Below, in pieces: positions 39,741 to 49,730 of a DNA stretch of 64,000 nt (position 1 is its first letter; each line of letters starts with the position of its first letter). Under the pieces are notes generated by a model. That model made no database searches, had not been told where the DNA came from, and saw nothing but the letters and a program-made list of their open reading frames with translations. The DNA is taken from positions 1 to 64,000 of the forward strand of contig OY760686.1 in assembly GCA_963663865.1 (NCBI GenBank). The letters are read 5' to 3'. Made by a program: the position numbers and the translations under genes. Source of the DNA: Spirochaetota bacterium (GTDB lineage Bacteria; Spirochaetota; UBA4802; UBA5550).

Positions 39741-41615
39741 ATGACCAAACACAAATTTCAGACAGAGGTTAATCAGCTTCTGCATCTGATCATCCATTCG
39801 CTGTACTCCCACAAGGAGATATTCCTGAGGGAGCTGGTTTCCAACGCTTCGGACGCTCTTGACAAGCTGAAGTACCTCACTCTTACAGATGAGAGCTACA
39901 AGAAGCTTAACTTTGAACCCAGAATTGACATCCGATTCGATGGTGAAAACAGCGAGATACTCTCAATCACTGACACCGGCATCGGCATGAACATGCAGGA
40001 CCTCGAAGAAAACCTTGGAACAATCGCCCGTTCAGGTACAAAGAGCTTTCTTTCAAACCTTACAGGAGACGCTAAAAAGGACTCCAACCTCATTGGACAG
40101 TTCGGAGTTGGATTCTACTCATCATTCATGATAGCGGACAAGGTAGAGGTCGTTACCCAAAAGGCAGGTGAGGATAAGGCCTTTAAATGGGTAAGCGACG
40201 GCAAGGGAGAATACGAGATATCTGAGGTTCCGGCAGGCAGCATCGGAACCACCGTCACGCTCTTTCTGAACGATGAGGGCAAAGAGTACGCTGACCGATG
40301 GAGTATTCAGGGCCTAATCAGAAAATACTCGAACCATATTCCATTCCCGATATACCTCCATTACATTGAAACTAAAACCGAGGGTGAAGGAGACAAGAAG
40401 AAGGAAATCAAAGAACCCAAAACCGAGCAGATAAACTCGGCTGCGGCAATCTGGAAGCGTCCGAAAAGTGAACTTAAAGACGAAGATTACAATGAGTTCT
40501 ACAAGTCGATATCCCACGACTATGAAGACCCAATGCTGACAATACACACACGGGCAGAAGGGACGCTTGACTACACCACTCTTTTCTTCGTACCTTCAAA
40601 GGCGCCGATGGACCTCTTCCGCGCTGACTACACACCCGGAGTTAAACTGTACGTAAAGCGGGTATTCATAACAGACGATGACAAGGAGCTCATGCCTGTA
40701 TATCTCCGTTTCCTCAAGGGTATCATTGATACAGAGGACCTTCCGCTCAACGTGAGCCGCGAGATTTTACAGCAGAACAAGGTCCTTGCAAAGATAAGGT
40801 CCTCATCGGTGAAGAAGATACTCAGCGAACTGGAGGGGCTCCAGAAAAATGACCGTGAAAAGTACGCCAGCTTCTACAAAGAGTACGGCATTCCTCTGAA
40901 AGAAGGCCTTTACCAGGATTACGAGAACAGGGACAAGCTGACTGAGCTCGTCATGTTCAAATCCACAATGTCAGAGGGATATACGACATTCAGCGAGTAT
41001 GTCAGCCGGATGAAGGAGGACCAGAAAGTCATATATTACATCACCGGCTCAAAAGAGGCAAATCTGAGAAACTCTCCTCTTCTCGAGATGTACAGAAACA
41101 GGGGCATTGAGGTACTTCTGCTGGATGACGAAATCGACGAGATTGTCATAAGCTCGCTCTTTAAATACAAGGACTATGACCTCAAATCCGTTAACCGCAG
41201 TGACGCTGCAGACGACCTCAAGACCGATGAGGATAAAGCGAAAGAAAAAGAGATAGAGCCCTTTATTGAGAAGGTAAAAAAAGCGCTTGAAGACCGTGTA
41301 AAGGACGTCAAAGCAAGCTCAAGGCTAAGCGATTCACCTTCATGCGTTGTAGCAGACGAGAACGACCCTACCGTCAAGATGCACCAGCTGCTGAAAGCAA
41401 TGGGCCAGTCAGAGATGGCTGAGTTCAAACCGGTCCTTGAGATAAATCCGGGCCATCCAATAGTTGAAAAGCTTAAAAACTCGGAGGATGAAATCCTTAT
41501 CAGGGACATCAGCTTTCTGCTGCTGGAACAGGCAATGTTAATTGAGGGTATGGAGCTCAAAAGCCCCACCGAGTTTGTGAACAGACTGAACAGGGTGATG
41601 CAAAGAGCTGTTTAA
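39741..41615 (+). CDS. htpG: Chaperone HtpG (Hsp90)
   Basis: YSHKEIFLRELVSNASDA, IGQFGVGFYS, LPLNVSRE. Confidence 0.98.
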   Translation: MTKHKFQTEVNQLLHLIIHSLYSHKEIFLRELVSNASDALDKLKYLTLTDESYKKLNFEPRIDIRFDGENSEILSITDTGIGMNMQDLEENLGTIARSGTKSFLSNLTGDAKKDSNLIGQFGVGFYSSFMIADKVEVVTQKAGEDKAFKWVSDGKGEYEISEVPAGSIGTTVTLFLNDEGKEYADRWSIQGLIRKYSNHIPFPIYLHYIETKTEGEGDKKKEIKEPKTEQINSAAAIWKRPKSELKDEDYNEFYKSISHDYEDPMLTIHTRAEGTLDYTTLFFVPSKAPMDLFRADYTPGVKLYVKRVFITDDDKELMPVYLRFLKGIIDTEDLPLNVSREILQQNKVLAKIRSSSVKKILSELEGLQKNDREKYASFYKEYGIPLKEGLYQDYENRDKLTELVMFKSTMSEGYTTFSEYVSRMKEDQKVIYYITGSKEANLRNSPLLEMYRNRGIEVLLLDDEIDEIVISSLFKYKDYDLKSVNRSDAADDLKTDEDKAKEKEIEPFIEKVKKALEDRVKDVKASSRLSDSPSCVVADENDPTVKMHQLLKAMGQSEMAEFKPVLEINPGHPIVEKLKNSEDEILIRDISFLLLEQAMLIEGMELKSPTEFVNRLNRVMQRAV

Positions 41616-41621
41616 CAGCTG

Positions 41622-42791
41622 TCAATCTGAAACAGCTGCATCGTTTGGTGCAGCTGTTTTTATATTAACCCTCATGTTCCCACAACTTCCTTTAATCTGA
41701 TTCATTCTGTATTCAGACGGCGATTTGCCGATTACTTTTTTGAATGCCCTGTTGAAGGTAGCTTTGGAGTTGAAGCCTGCAATAAGCGATATTTCCAAAA
41801 TATTTTCACCGGATCCGCTTTCCATCATAGCAATTGCACGGTCTATTCTTAAACTGTTTATGTAATCGTAATAACTCATTTTGTACATTCTATTGACCGA
41901 TTGAGAAAGATTATGACGAGAAACATTGATTCGGGCAGCCACTTCCTCCATGTTAGTTACAGAATCAATCAATTCTATTGATTGCTCGAAATAACTCTCC
42001 AGCCTGTTGATTATATCAGCAACCTGAACTTCAGAAAGAAAGGACTTTTGATACTTTTCGTTTGAATCATTTTTTTCGTTTTCCGGAGTAAGTATTACCT
42101 CTTTAATATTTTTGACGGTGTGAGCTAAGTAGTAAAGTATCACAAGAGAAACAAGCTGTACCGACATAATTATCATTACCCAATTCTTTACTTGATAATA
42201 CCTCAATACATAGGCTGCAAATCGTACTACAACAAGATGAAATAAAAAATTTGCGAAAATAGTCATAATTACTCGGCCATATTTTTTCACTACATGATTT
42301 TTCATAATAATTCGCGAAGACAAAATCAAGTAGATTATCCCTTGGGCAAGAAATCCATTTCTTAGTAATCTATATATTTTATTATTAGGATCATAATTAT
42401 TTTCAAAAAAAACCATATAAAGATTAATCATAAGGACTACGATGCAGGGTATCAGATGAACAATTATTTTATTAGCTTTTTCATTGAAACCGAGACAGAT
42501 GTTCTTTACAATTAAATACATGAGTGGGTATATGCAATATATCGGTGAAATAGTGGCTATTGGACATACAACCTGTCCGCTGTTGCTGAAAAATATCAAA
42601 TAGATTAACCGATTAAGGATAGGAATAGTACAAATAAATAAAAGGTAATTTATAGTTATTTTACTAAACTTTTCTCTTTTAAGGGACCCCGAATCGTAAT
42701 ATTTGATGGAGAATAATCCCATAGTCATCAATATTAAAGCCGTTGAAACAGTAACCTGAGAATACAATCTTTCAAATTCACCAAAAACCAT
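41622..42791 (-). CDS. Membrane-anchored AraC-family transcriptional regulator (cassette 1)
   Basis: Several hydrophobic N-terminal segments; C-terminal double HTH (NLSQSVN, YINSLRI, AGFNSKATFNRAFKKVIGKSPSEY). Confidence 0.9.
   Translation of the reverse strand: MVFGEFERLYSQVTVSTALILMTMGLFSIKYYDSGSLKREKFSKITINYLLFICTIPILNRLIYLIFFSNSGQVVCPIATISPIYCIYPLMYLIVKNICLGFNEKANKIIVHLIPCIVVLMINLYMVFFENNYDPNNKIYRLLRNGFLAQGIIYLILSSRIIMKNHVVKKYGRVIMTIFANFLFHLVVVRFAAYVLRYYQVKNWVMIIMSVQLVSLVILYYLAHTVKNIKEVILTPENEKNDSNEKYQKSFLSEVQVADIINRLESYFEQSIELIDSVTNMEEVAARINVSRHNLSQSVNRMYKMSYYDYINSLRIDRAIAMMESGSGENILEISLIAGFNSKATFNRAFKKVIGKSPSEYRMNQIKGSCGNMRVNIKTAAPNDAAVSD
41630..41661 (+). terminator. htpG intrinsic terminator (overlapped by the 3' end of the antisense AraC gene)
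   Basis: AAACAGCTGCA-N8-TGCAGCTGTTT followed by a T-run. Confidence 0.7.
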
Positions 42792-42885
42792 AGATACCAG
42801 ACCAACATAATTTTATAAATAATAATAATTTCTCTCGATATGAGCACATGCTACATCTTATAATCAAGCCTTACAGCATCAACCG

Positions 42886-44031
42886 TTATTTAGAGTACGA
42901 CCTTTTATATCGCGCATCGGTTCCATAATTTATTTGATTTATTTTATAAGATGGTATTATTATTTCTCTTATTCTATCCTCCTGTATTGTTTTATAGTTC
43001 GTTTTATTAAATAGAATATAATATACCAAATTTAGCAATATATATAACATATTTGTTCTTGCGAATTTAATGTCCTTACATCTCACATCCCTGTAGAAAA
43101 TTTCTGTCAGCAAGCCATGTTTTCCTTCCTCGATATTTCCAACAACATCCATACAATATTTTTTCAATCTTTCTCTGACAGACCTCGTTGCGACATGATT
43201 TATTTCATTTTGAACATTTTCACACTTAAAGACCCTGAAGATTCCTAACCATGTCATAAATTTTTCGATAGAATCAAACTGATTACAATCAGTTCCTATT
43301 TCTGAAATAATGTTTTCAGCAATTCTCTTGTTTACTCCTGGAATAGAAATAAGGTTTTCAATGTGATTTTTGACAAAAAACGACTGTGCTTCAATCCTCT
43401 TCATAATCCTTTCAATAATTTTTTGATAATTGTTCTCTTCCTCTATCATAATTCTCAATGAAAAATCAATATTGTATGCTTTGATTTTTGAGAATGTGTC
43501 CGGTAGTGAATGATATATCATTTCCGGATTTGTCATATCTGACAGTGATTTATTACAGGGCGGCATTGACATCTGGTGGGTTTTAATGATTTTTGACTTT
43601 AGAGAAAAGAGTTTGATCATAATGTCTTCACGACATCTCGTTAACTCTCTTAATTCAAAAATTTTGCTATAATTCATTCGTCTTGAACTCAGTCTATTCT
43701 GAATAAACATTGACAAAATAATCTTTGTAGTAAGGGTTTCTGATGATAGCGATACAGAGCTCTTCTGTACTGTTATGATTTCATACTGGACTCCATAGTA
43801 GCACCACAGAAACCGCCATGAAGCAGTATCAACAACAACAATGATTGAAGTAATTCTTTTTTCTTTATAAAGCTTACTTATGGTTTTTAAATTTGAATTC
43901 TTATAATCAAAAACTTCTGTCTCTATTACGTTAGTAAAATTTTTATTAAAATATGAAACTTCAATCATATTATTGCTTACAAGTATTGCTGAAATTCTTT
44001 TACCGACTTCAAGTCTCATCACATTTACCAA
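42886..44031 (-). CDS. IS110-transposase-like protein lacking DEDD catalytic residues (cassette 1)
   Basis: ELRELTRCR helix and LISIPGVNKRIAENIISEIGTDCNQF...FMTWLG match the IS110 Transposase_20 region; the GxDxxK, MESTG and KTDxxD positions read ISAILVS, VVVDTASW and SETLTT; start may be ATG 44019. Confidence 0.75.
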   Translation of the reverse strand: MVNVMRLEVGKRISAILVSNNMIEVSYFNKNFTNVIETEVFDYKNSNLKTISKLYKEKRITSIIVVVDTASWRFLWCYYGVQYEIITVQKSSVSLSSETLTTKIILSMFIQNRLSSRRMNYSKIFELRELTRCREDIMIKLFSLKSKIIKTHQMSMPPCNKSLSDMTNPEMIYHSLPDTFSKIKAYNIDFSLRIMIEEENNYQKIIERIMKRIEAQSFFVKNHIENLISIPGVNKRIAENIISEIGTDCNQFDSIEKFMTWLGIFRVFKCENVQNEINHVATRSVRERLKKYCMDVVGNIEEGKHGLLTEIFYRDVRCKDIKFARTNMLYILLNLVYYILFNKTNYKTIQEDRIREIIIPSYKINQINYGTDARYKRSYSK

Positions 44032-44131
44032 TTCAGAGTCATTATTCCTCTATCCTTTCGCTATTATAGATAAAAGAGTACTGGAATGTTTAAAAACAAC
44101 ATACTATTCTTTTCTATATTTTCTTTTACTT

Positions 44132-44168
44132 ATAATAAGAGGGGGCGGAAACAGCCCCCTCTTATTAT
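44132..44168. terminator. Strong hairpin after GH3 gene 1
   Basis: ATAATAAGAGGGGGC-N7-GCCCCCTCTTATTAT, a 15-bp perfect stem. Confidence 0.75.
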
Positions 44169-44180
44169 GATATTTATATT

Positions 44181-46445
44181 TTAGTAAGTAAGGCTTGTGC
44201 CATATTCAAAAAGCTGGTTAGCTTCATCGTTGAACAAGTCCTCATAAGCCGCTTCAACATCTTCGTCGCTTGCTGGAATACAGAACGGAAGCTTGGCTGA
44301 AGGCTTGAATCCGTCAGTTCCATATATGAACTCAAGAAGCTGCTCATCATAGATCCCGAACTCAACAATAAGAGCATCGATTTTTGATACATCAATGTCA
44401 GCATCAAAAACAAAGGATCTTGGTGCAAACACACATAGGATCAGCTTAGCACCTGATTTCTTTGCAGAAATTGCATCTTTTATCAGCTGTGCTTGTGCTA
44501 TCGATGCGGCCTGAGTTGAATCGCTGACTAGATATGAATCGGTTCCTGTTGCTTCATTTTCAGCAGCTGTATAATGTCTCCACTCATCATAGTTGTATGA
44601 GTAAACATTTGCCTCAAATGAAAGAGGAACTCCTCCTGCAATACCTGAATACGTGCCATGACGTCCAGTAACACGTAGAATGATATAATCTGCTTCAGAC
44701 ATGGTTGTCGTAGTCGTGCCAGCAAATGAATCAATCAATCCATCTTCTACTCCATTAAAGTAGACCGTTCCTGATGTTGCAGATAGAGGTAATACATTTT
44801 CATTTTTTACAAGTACAGTTGTTTCTTTCATTATCTGTTTTCTTGCATCTGCATTAGCTGTGATAATAGCATTTGCAGCAGAAGCATCTCTGTAAGGATT
44901 TTCAAAAACACCAAGCTTAAACATCATCTCAAGAACTTTCCCTGCCGGGTAATCCAGATCTGCTTCTGAAATGAAGTTATGATCGATAGCATTAAGCCAC
45001 ATTGTATAACTTCCATTCCCGACCTGATGTCCGCCTGCCTGCAGATACTTGTATATTAGGTAGCTCTGATGTTGAGGTATGGAATAAACCAAGTTACCTC
45101 TTCTATCGTAGCCCTCAGTAACTGACCACTCCGTAAAAGCAGGTGCCCCATCAGGAATATCTGTTGGTCCTGTGTAAGATGGATCAGAAAGATCGGTATC
45201 TGCCTCAACCGTTGTCACCCCAAAGTCTGAAAGAAGAAGACCATACGCTGAACTTCCAAGCACACCCCAGTCAGAGCTTATCACTCCATCCCATTCGCAC
45301 TCCTCTCGCAAGTAATCCCACATAAGAGTCATCTCGTAACTGGAGGCTACTTCCTCGAATTGTGTATTAAAAGTTCTTGTTGTTTCATCCCAGTTTGTCA
45401 TGTAAATGCTGTAGCACGGCATACATCCAAGCGGACCAGCTTCAAATGTTTTCTTGTATGATTCAACAAAGGCATCAAAATTTCCGCCTTTAAACAAGGC
45501 ATATCTTCCTGCAGATTTATGGCTATCCATTCCTCCCATATTTGTACCGCCACCTGGGAAGTGTTTAAGTACTGCAGCTACTCCCGGAACAAGCTGTCCG
45601 GACGCACCATTTTCAGTTTGCTGAAGCCCTTGAACATAAGCTTTTGCAAATTTACCAGCTTTTACAGGATCAGCTCCGAGTGTGTCATATGAGCGGGCCC
45701 ATCTGAGTTCACCTATCGGGTCACTCTGCGGTCCAAGCAGCATTCTAAAACCGCATGCTTTATACTCTTCAGCATGCATACTTGCAATTTCCCTAACCTT
45801 GTCTGTCTCATTTTCATCAAGAGCTGCAAGCCCAAGCATGAATGGCCAGTCACCCATTGGTGCCATATCATTTTTTTTGGCATACCCTGCATCGGCTCCT
45901 GCCGCACTAAAACCTGTACCTGTAGAAGGATCACAGCAGAAAACGAAAGGAATTCCAAGTCCCTGCGATTCAACGTATGCCTGAACCTTATTGATATACG
46001 TTGTCATATCAGCTGCGGAATAAGCAGTTCCTGGATTACGGAAAAGAGCCACTCTTGCCTGAGAGGTTGCAAGTGATGTTTTCAAATCATCTGTAATGTC
46101 AACATCTGAGATACTACCGGCAAAGCTGGTCTCATAGAGAAGCCCAGCTTTTTGTTCTTTGCTCATTTTAGCAAGCAGATCTGCCGCCCTTTCTTCAACC
46201 GGCAGAGTCCAGTCCTCATAAGCATCAACCTCACCGTTAGCGTTGAGGTCTCTATACTGTTTATCATCGACTGTCAGAATACTTTTCCCTGAACCGTCAG
46301 CGACTTGAACCGAAGGCTGAACATCTTCACCATCGACACAGTAAATTCCTTTACCCTCACAGCTTTTGTCTTTCTCATCATCTCCGCAAGCCGTAAAGGC
46401 AGCAAAGAGAGAGAGACTTAGTAGTAAAACAAGAATTTGTTTCAT
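44181..46445 (-). CDS. Glycoside hydrolase family 3 (beta-glucosidase-like) lipoprotein (cassette 1)
   Basis: Lipobox AFTAC; RDLNANGEVDAYEDW; LKHFPG; nucleophile motif ISSDWG; VLVKN...LPL; KLPF. Confidence 0.9.
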   Translation of the reverse strand: MKQILVLLLSLSLFAAFTACGDDEKDKSCEGKGIYCVDGEDVQPSVQVADGSGKSILTVDDKQYRDLNANGEVDAYEDWTLPVEERAADLLAKMSKEQKAGLLYETSFAGSISDVDITDDLKTSLATSQARVALFRNPGTAYSAADMTTYINKVQAYVESQGLGIPFVFCCDPSTGTGFSAAGADAGYAKKNDMAPMGDWPFMLGLAALDENETDKVREIASMHAEEYKACGFRMLLGPQSDPIGELRWARSYDTLGADPVKAGKFAKAYVQGLQQTENGASGQLVPGVAAVLKHFPGGGTNMGGMDSHKSAGRYALFKGGNFDAFVESYKKTFEAGPLGCMPCYSIYMTNWDETTRTFNTQFEEVASSYEMTLMWDYLREECEWDGVISSDWGVLGSSAYGLLLSDFGVTTVEADTDLSDPSYTGPTDIPDGAPAFTEWSVTEGYDRRGNLVYSIPQHQSYLIYKYLQAGGHQVGNGSYTMWLNAIDHNFISEADLDYPAGKVLEMMFKLGVFENPYRDASAANAIITANADARKQIMKETTVLVKNENVLPLSATSGTVYFNGVEDGLIDSFAGTTTTTMSEADYIILRVTGRHGTYSGIAGGVPLSFEANVYSYNYDEWRHYTAAENEATGTDSYLVSDSTQAASIAQAQLIKDAISAKKSGAKLILCVFAPRSFVFDADIDVSKIDALIVEFGIYDEQLLEFIYGTDGFKPSAKLPFCIPASDEDVEAAYEDLFNDEANQLFEYGTSLTY

Positions 46446-46627
46446 AAAACAAATCTCCTCCTGAAATAGTTGTTTTAAATATTATAAAAATATGCATTTA
46501 CTTGCATATGTTTACCAAAACGCCATTGCCGTTGTCTTAGCTTGTCTAAATTTTGTCCGCAGACAACCGCGGGAGCAGTTGGATAAGTAAATTATTGTTT
46601 CATATTTATCATAAAATAAATATGAAA

Positions 46628-46651
46628 TCGACTCACCCGACCGGTTGAGCC
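46628..46651. promoter_or_regulatory. Candidate operator GACTCA-N10-TGAGCC
   Basis: Imperfect palindrome 185 bp upstream of GH3 gene 1, the same position as the related motif upstream of GH3 gene 2. Confidence 0.5.
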
Positions 46652-46919
46652 TACTTTTTTGATTAATACATCATTTTGCATTGTTAATTAAAAGTGCTCT
46701 TGAGTTGGCTTTGCAATTATCACTTTAATTATAAATAGATTATTTCCACTCGTGTATGCCTTAAACCATTCAGTGGAAATTTGTTGATATGTGGCCAATC
46801 AAAGCTCAACGTAAGGTTCAACCAGAATTCAACGAACCCAACTTCAAGTTTGAAGTGCAACGACAAGATTCGAAATTCCTCTTGACGTTATAGAACGGGT
46901 AAAAATAGATATCTCCATT

Positions 46920-47399
46920 ATGTCTAACAAGAGCAAAGAAACAGACGGCAGGAACCGTGAGATTATCCGCAACAAGAAGGCCCGCTTCGACTACGAGATC
47001 ATAGAGGTATTCGAGGCAGGCATGGTTCTGCGCGGAACCGAGGTCAAATCGCTAAGACAGAAAAAGGTAAGCATTCAGGAATCTTATGCGCTCGTCAAGA
47101 GCGGCGAGGTATTTGTCACCGGACTTACCATTTCTCATTACGATATGGGCAACCGGTTCAACCACGAAACTGACCGCGACAGAAAACTTCTGCTGCACCG
47201 TCACGAGATTAAGCGTCTCATAGGCAAGCTGAAGGAAAAGGGTTACACCCTCGTGCCGCTTTCCCTTTACTTCAAGGAAGGAAGGGTAAAGATGGAACTG
47301 GGCCTCGCGAAGGGCAAGGCCGTCTACGACAAGCGCAAGACCATTCAGAAACGCGATATGGACCGGGAGCTCAGGCGCGATATCAAACGGTACACTTAA
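46920..47399 (+). CDS. smpB: SsrA-binding protein
   Basis: NKKARFDY, EAGMVLRGTEVKSLR, RKLLLHRHEI, GKAVYDKR. Confidence 0.98.
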   Translation: MSNKSKETDGRNREIIRNKKARFDYEIIEVFEAGMVLRGTEVKSLRQKKVSIQESYALVKSGEVFVTGLTISHYDMGNRFNHETDRDRKLLLHRHEIKRLIGKLKEKGYTLVPLSLYFKEGRVKMELGLAKGKAVYDKRKTIQKRDMDRELRRDIKRYT

Positions 47400-49274
47400 T
47401 CACCTGACAAGCTCGTTTCTAGCTTTCAAAGCTTCTCTTTCATCGGCAGCTGCCATGACCAGGTCAGACATCTTTCCTTCGAGAAACATCTCTACAATGC
47501 CGCAAAGCCTGTCTCCAGCCAGGACCCTCGGCATGAAGACATAGAACGCGCCTTCTGAGTACATATTGAGCGCCCTCTCTACGCTTTCGGCGGTCACGAT
47601 AATCCTGGCGTGCGGAGATATCTCCTTCATGTGCCTGAGTATTTTAAGATTATCCGTACCGACAAGTATGGCATCGGGGATTGTCGAGATTACAAGCTTT
47701 GCCTCATGTATTCCCGCGTGATGCAGCGTGTCCGGATGGCTGATGTCCCCGTAGACCGCCCGCACGCCGAGTCCCTTCAGCTGCACATGTATTTCCGGAT
47801 TAAAATCGACTACCACAATCTTCTCTTTTAGTCCCAGCGAATGGTTTTGTTCATCGAGCCTGAGCATCCCGTCCAGGAGAGAACTGGCAGTCCTGTAAAA
47901 TCCCAGCAGAGCAATCTCGTTACGAGGGTCATCATCATCCCCTTCCGAATTGGAATGGACCTCTGTCATTCCGCTTTTTTTCATAAGGGTGGATAGAGCT
48001 CTCTGTATCGGGTCGCTGTACTTGACCATGTACGTTGAGGTTATGGAGGTGATTACGAAAGTGAAAATTATTACAGCCATGGTATCCTGAGAGATATGGC
48101 CGGCGGCAAGACCAAGCGACGCGATAACAAGAGAAAACTCGCTTATCTGAGACAGGTTGATCGAAGTCAGCAGACTGACCCGCAGACCGTTCCTGAGCGA
48201 GTAAAGTACTGGAAAGACTGTCAGAAAACGGGACAGGATGAGAAAGCCAGCCATAATACCGGCTGTCGCCACGATGCCTGTATTATCGAGAGGGTTCGGA
48301 ATCTTCATTCCGAGTGAAACAAAGAAAAGAGTTATAAAAAAGTCCCTTATATTTACAACTTTAGCGATTACGTCGAGGTTGTAAGGGAATGTGGATATTG
48401 CGATACCTGCTATCAGGGCGCCCATCTCAAGCGAGAGGCCCAGCAGCGACGCGCCGCCGCAAACGAAGAAACACCATCCTAAAGACGATATCAGCACCAG
48501 CTCCGGGACCCTTGCCACCTTTTTGAACATCGGCGGCAGCACGAAGCGGCTGATCAGCATGCTCGCCGCGACAAGAAGACCGCCCTTGCCGAACGACAGC
48601 AGAATACGCACAATGTCAGGATTGGCCAGATTGGGCTGTATTCCAAGTACTATAATCGCCCAGATATCCTGAAATACCAGAATACCCAGTGTTATACGCC
48701 CGGCAAGGGTATCGAGTTCGAATTTCCCGTAAAGAAGCTTAACGACTATGGCTGTACTGCTGAGTCCGCAGCAGACTGCCAGGTAGATACCGTCATAGCC
48801 TCCATCCCCGAACGTATAGCCGAGCAGCATCGCGAAACCCAGTCCGGCAGCAACAGTCAGGGGGAACTGTGTCAGTCCGCTCATCACAAGGGACTTTCCC
48901 GACTCCTTCAGCTTCTTGATGTCAATTTCAAGCCCGATAAGAAAGAGAAGCAGAATCAGCCCAAACTCCGAGATGGTCTCAATATGTTCCATGTTCTCAA
49001 TCAGCCCGAGGCCTATGCGGGGACCAATAACAATTCCGGCAGCAAGATAGGCAAGCAGAAGCGGCTGTTTCAGGAAGTGACCAATATATGCCATCACCGT
49101 CGCCGCTAATATAGCAATCCCTACACCGCTGACAACACCGTGCCCGCCGCCTTCCGCAAAAAGCTCGGAGGATGCCAGCAACACTGCCGCCGAAATCATA
49201 ACTATTCGCGAAGATCTGTTTTTCAGGTATTTATGAAGCATATTGACCGCCGTTAAATATTTGCCGCTGAACAC
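47400..49274 (-). CDS. CPA2/Kef-type cation:proton antiporter with TrkA-N domain
   Basis: LLFLIGLE, LSSTAIV, FQD, QISEFS; C-terminal VYGD...AGI; start uncertain. Confidence 0.9.
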   Translation of the reverse strand: MFSGKYLTAVNMLHKYLKNRSSRIVMISAAVLLASSELFAEGGGHGVVSGVGIAILAATVMAYIGHFLKQPLLLAYLAAGIVIGPRIGLGLIENMEHIETISEFGLILLLFLIGLEIDIKKLKESGKSLVMSGLTQFPLTVAAGLGFAMLLGYTFGDGGYDGIYLAVCCGLSSTAIVVKLLYGKFELDTLAGRITLGILVFQDIWAIIVLGIQPNLANPDIVRILLSFGKGGLLVAASMLISRFVLPPMFKKVARVPELVLISSLGWCFFVCGGASLLGLSLEMGALIAGIAISTFPYNLDVIAKVVNIRDFFITLFFVSLGMKIPNPLDNTGIVATAGIMAGFLILSRFLTVFPVLYSLRNGLRVSLLTSINLSQISEFSLVIASLGLAAGHISQDTMAVIIFTFVITSITSTYMVKYSDPIQRALSTLMKKSGMTEVHSNSEGDDDDPRNEIALLGFYRTASSLLDGMLRLDEQNHSLGLKEKIVVVDFNPEIHVQLKGLGVRAVYGDISHPDTLHHAGIHEAKLVISTIPDAILVGTDNLKILRHMKEISPHARIIVTAESVERALNMYSEGAFYVFMPRVLAGDRLCGIVEMFLEGKMSDLVMAAADEREALKARNELVR

Positions 49275-49338
49275 GGCTCTTTTAAGGGTATGCTGGATAA
49301 GAGGGGCTGTACATCAAGAACTTTTATGAAATACCGGG

Positions 49339-49725
49339 CTATCGTGTCACGAAAACCATGACAGTCGATATGAAAGCGCTAAAGAATACGAATACGGCAA
49401 GCAGCTGAAGCATTAGCCTCAGCCGGTCTGACTTTGTCAACAGACGGTAGTTCTGCACTGAATACCGCAACTCATAAAGAAACGATATAAACCATCTCCT
49501 TATTGATGAAAGCTTCATCCTTTCCGAACGGCTCTGAACACCCCGGGTTTTCTTTTTTCGGCCCTTTCCCGCTCCCAGATCAAAGCGCCCGTCCCTGTAG
49601 AGCAGCGGGTCGTCAGGGTCGGCGACAAAGGAGTGCCCGCATCCGCACCTGACAAGTATTTTGCCCCTGTCAATCGGGAAACGGAGCGCCTTTGTGCAGT
49701 AAGGGCAGTTCTTGATAAAGTACAT
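49339..49725 (-). CDS. Hypothetical Zn-ribbon protein with C-terminal TM
   Basis: CPYC...LRFP...GKILVRCGCGHSF. Confidence 0.7.
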   Translation of the reverse strand: MYFIKNCPYCTKALRFPIDRGKILVRCGCGHSFVADPDDPLLYRDGRFDLGAGKGRKKKTRGVQSRSERMKLSSIRRWFISFLYELRYSVQNYRLLTKSDRLRLMLQLLAVFVFFSAFISTVMVFVTR

Positions 49726-49730
49726 TCCCT

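Noticed and set aside
46511-46565. TTTACCAAAACGCCATTGCC and TTGTCT repeats resembling the region at 60235-60259
   Set aside because: The similarity needs gaps and the position relative to the start codon differs; too weak to call.
46446-47400. tmRNA (ssrA) next to smpB as an integration site
   Set aside because: No GGGG...TCCACCA tRNA-like ends or tag ORF were recognised near smpB.
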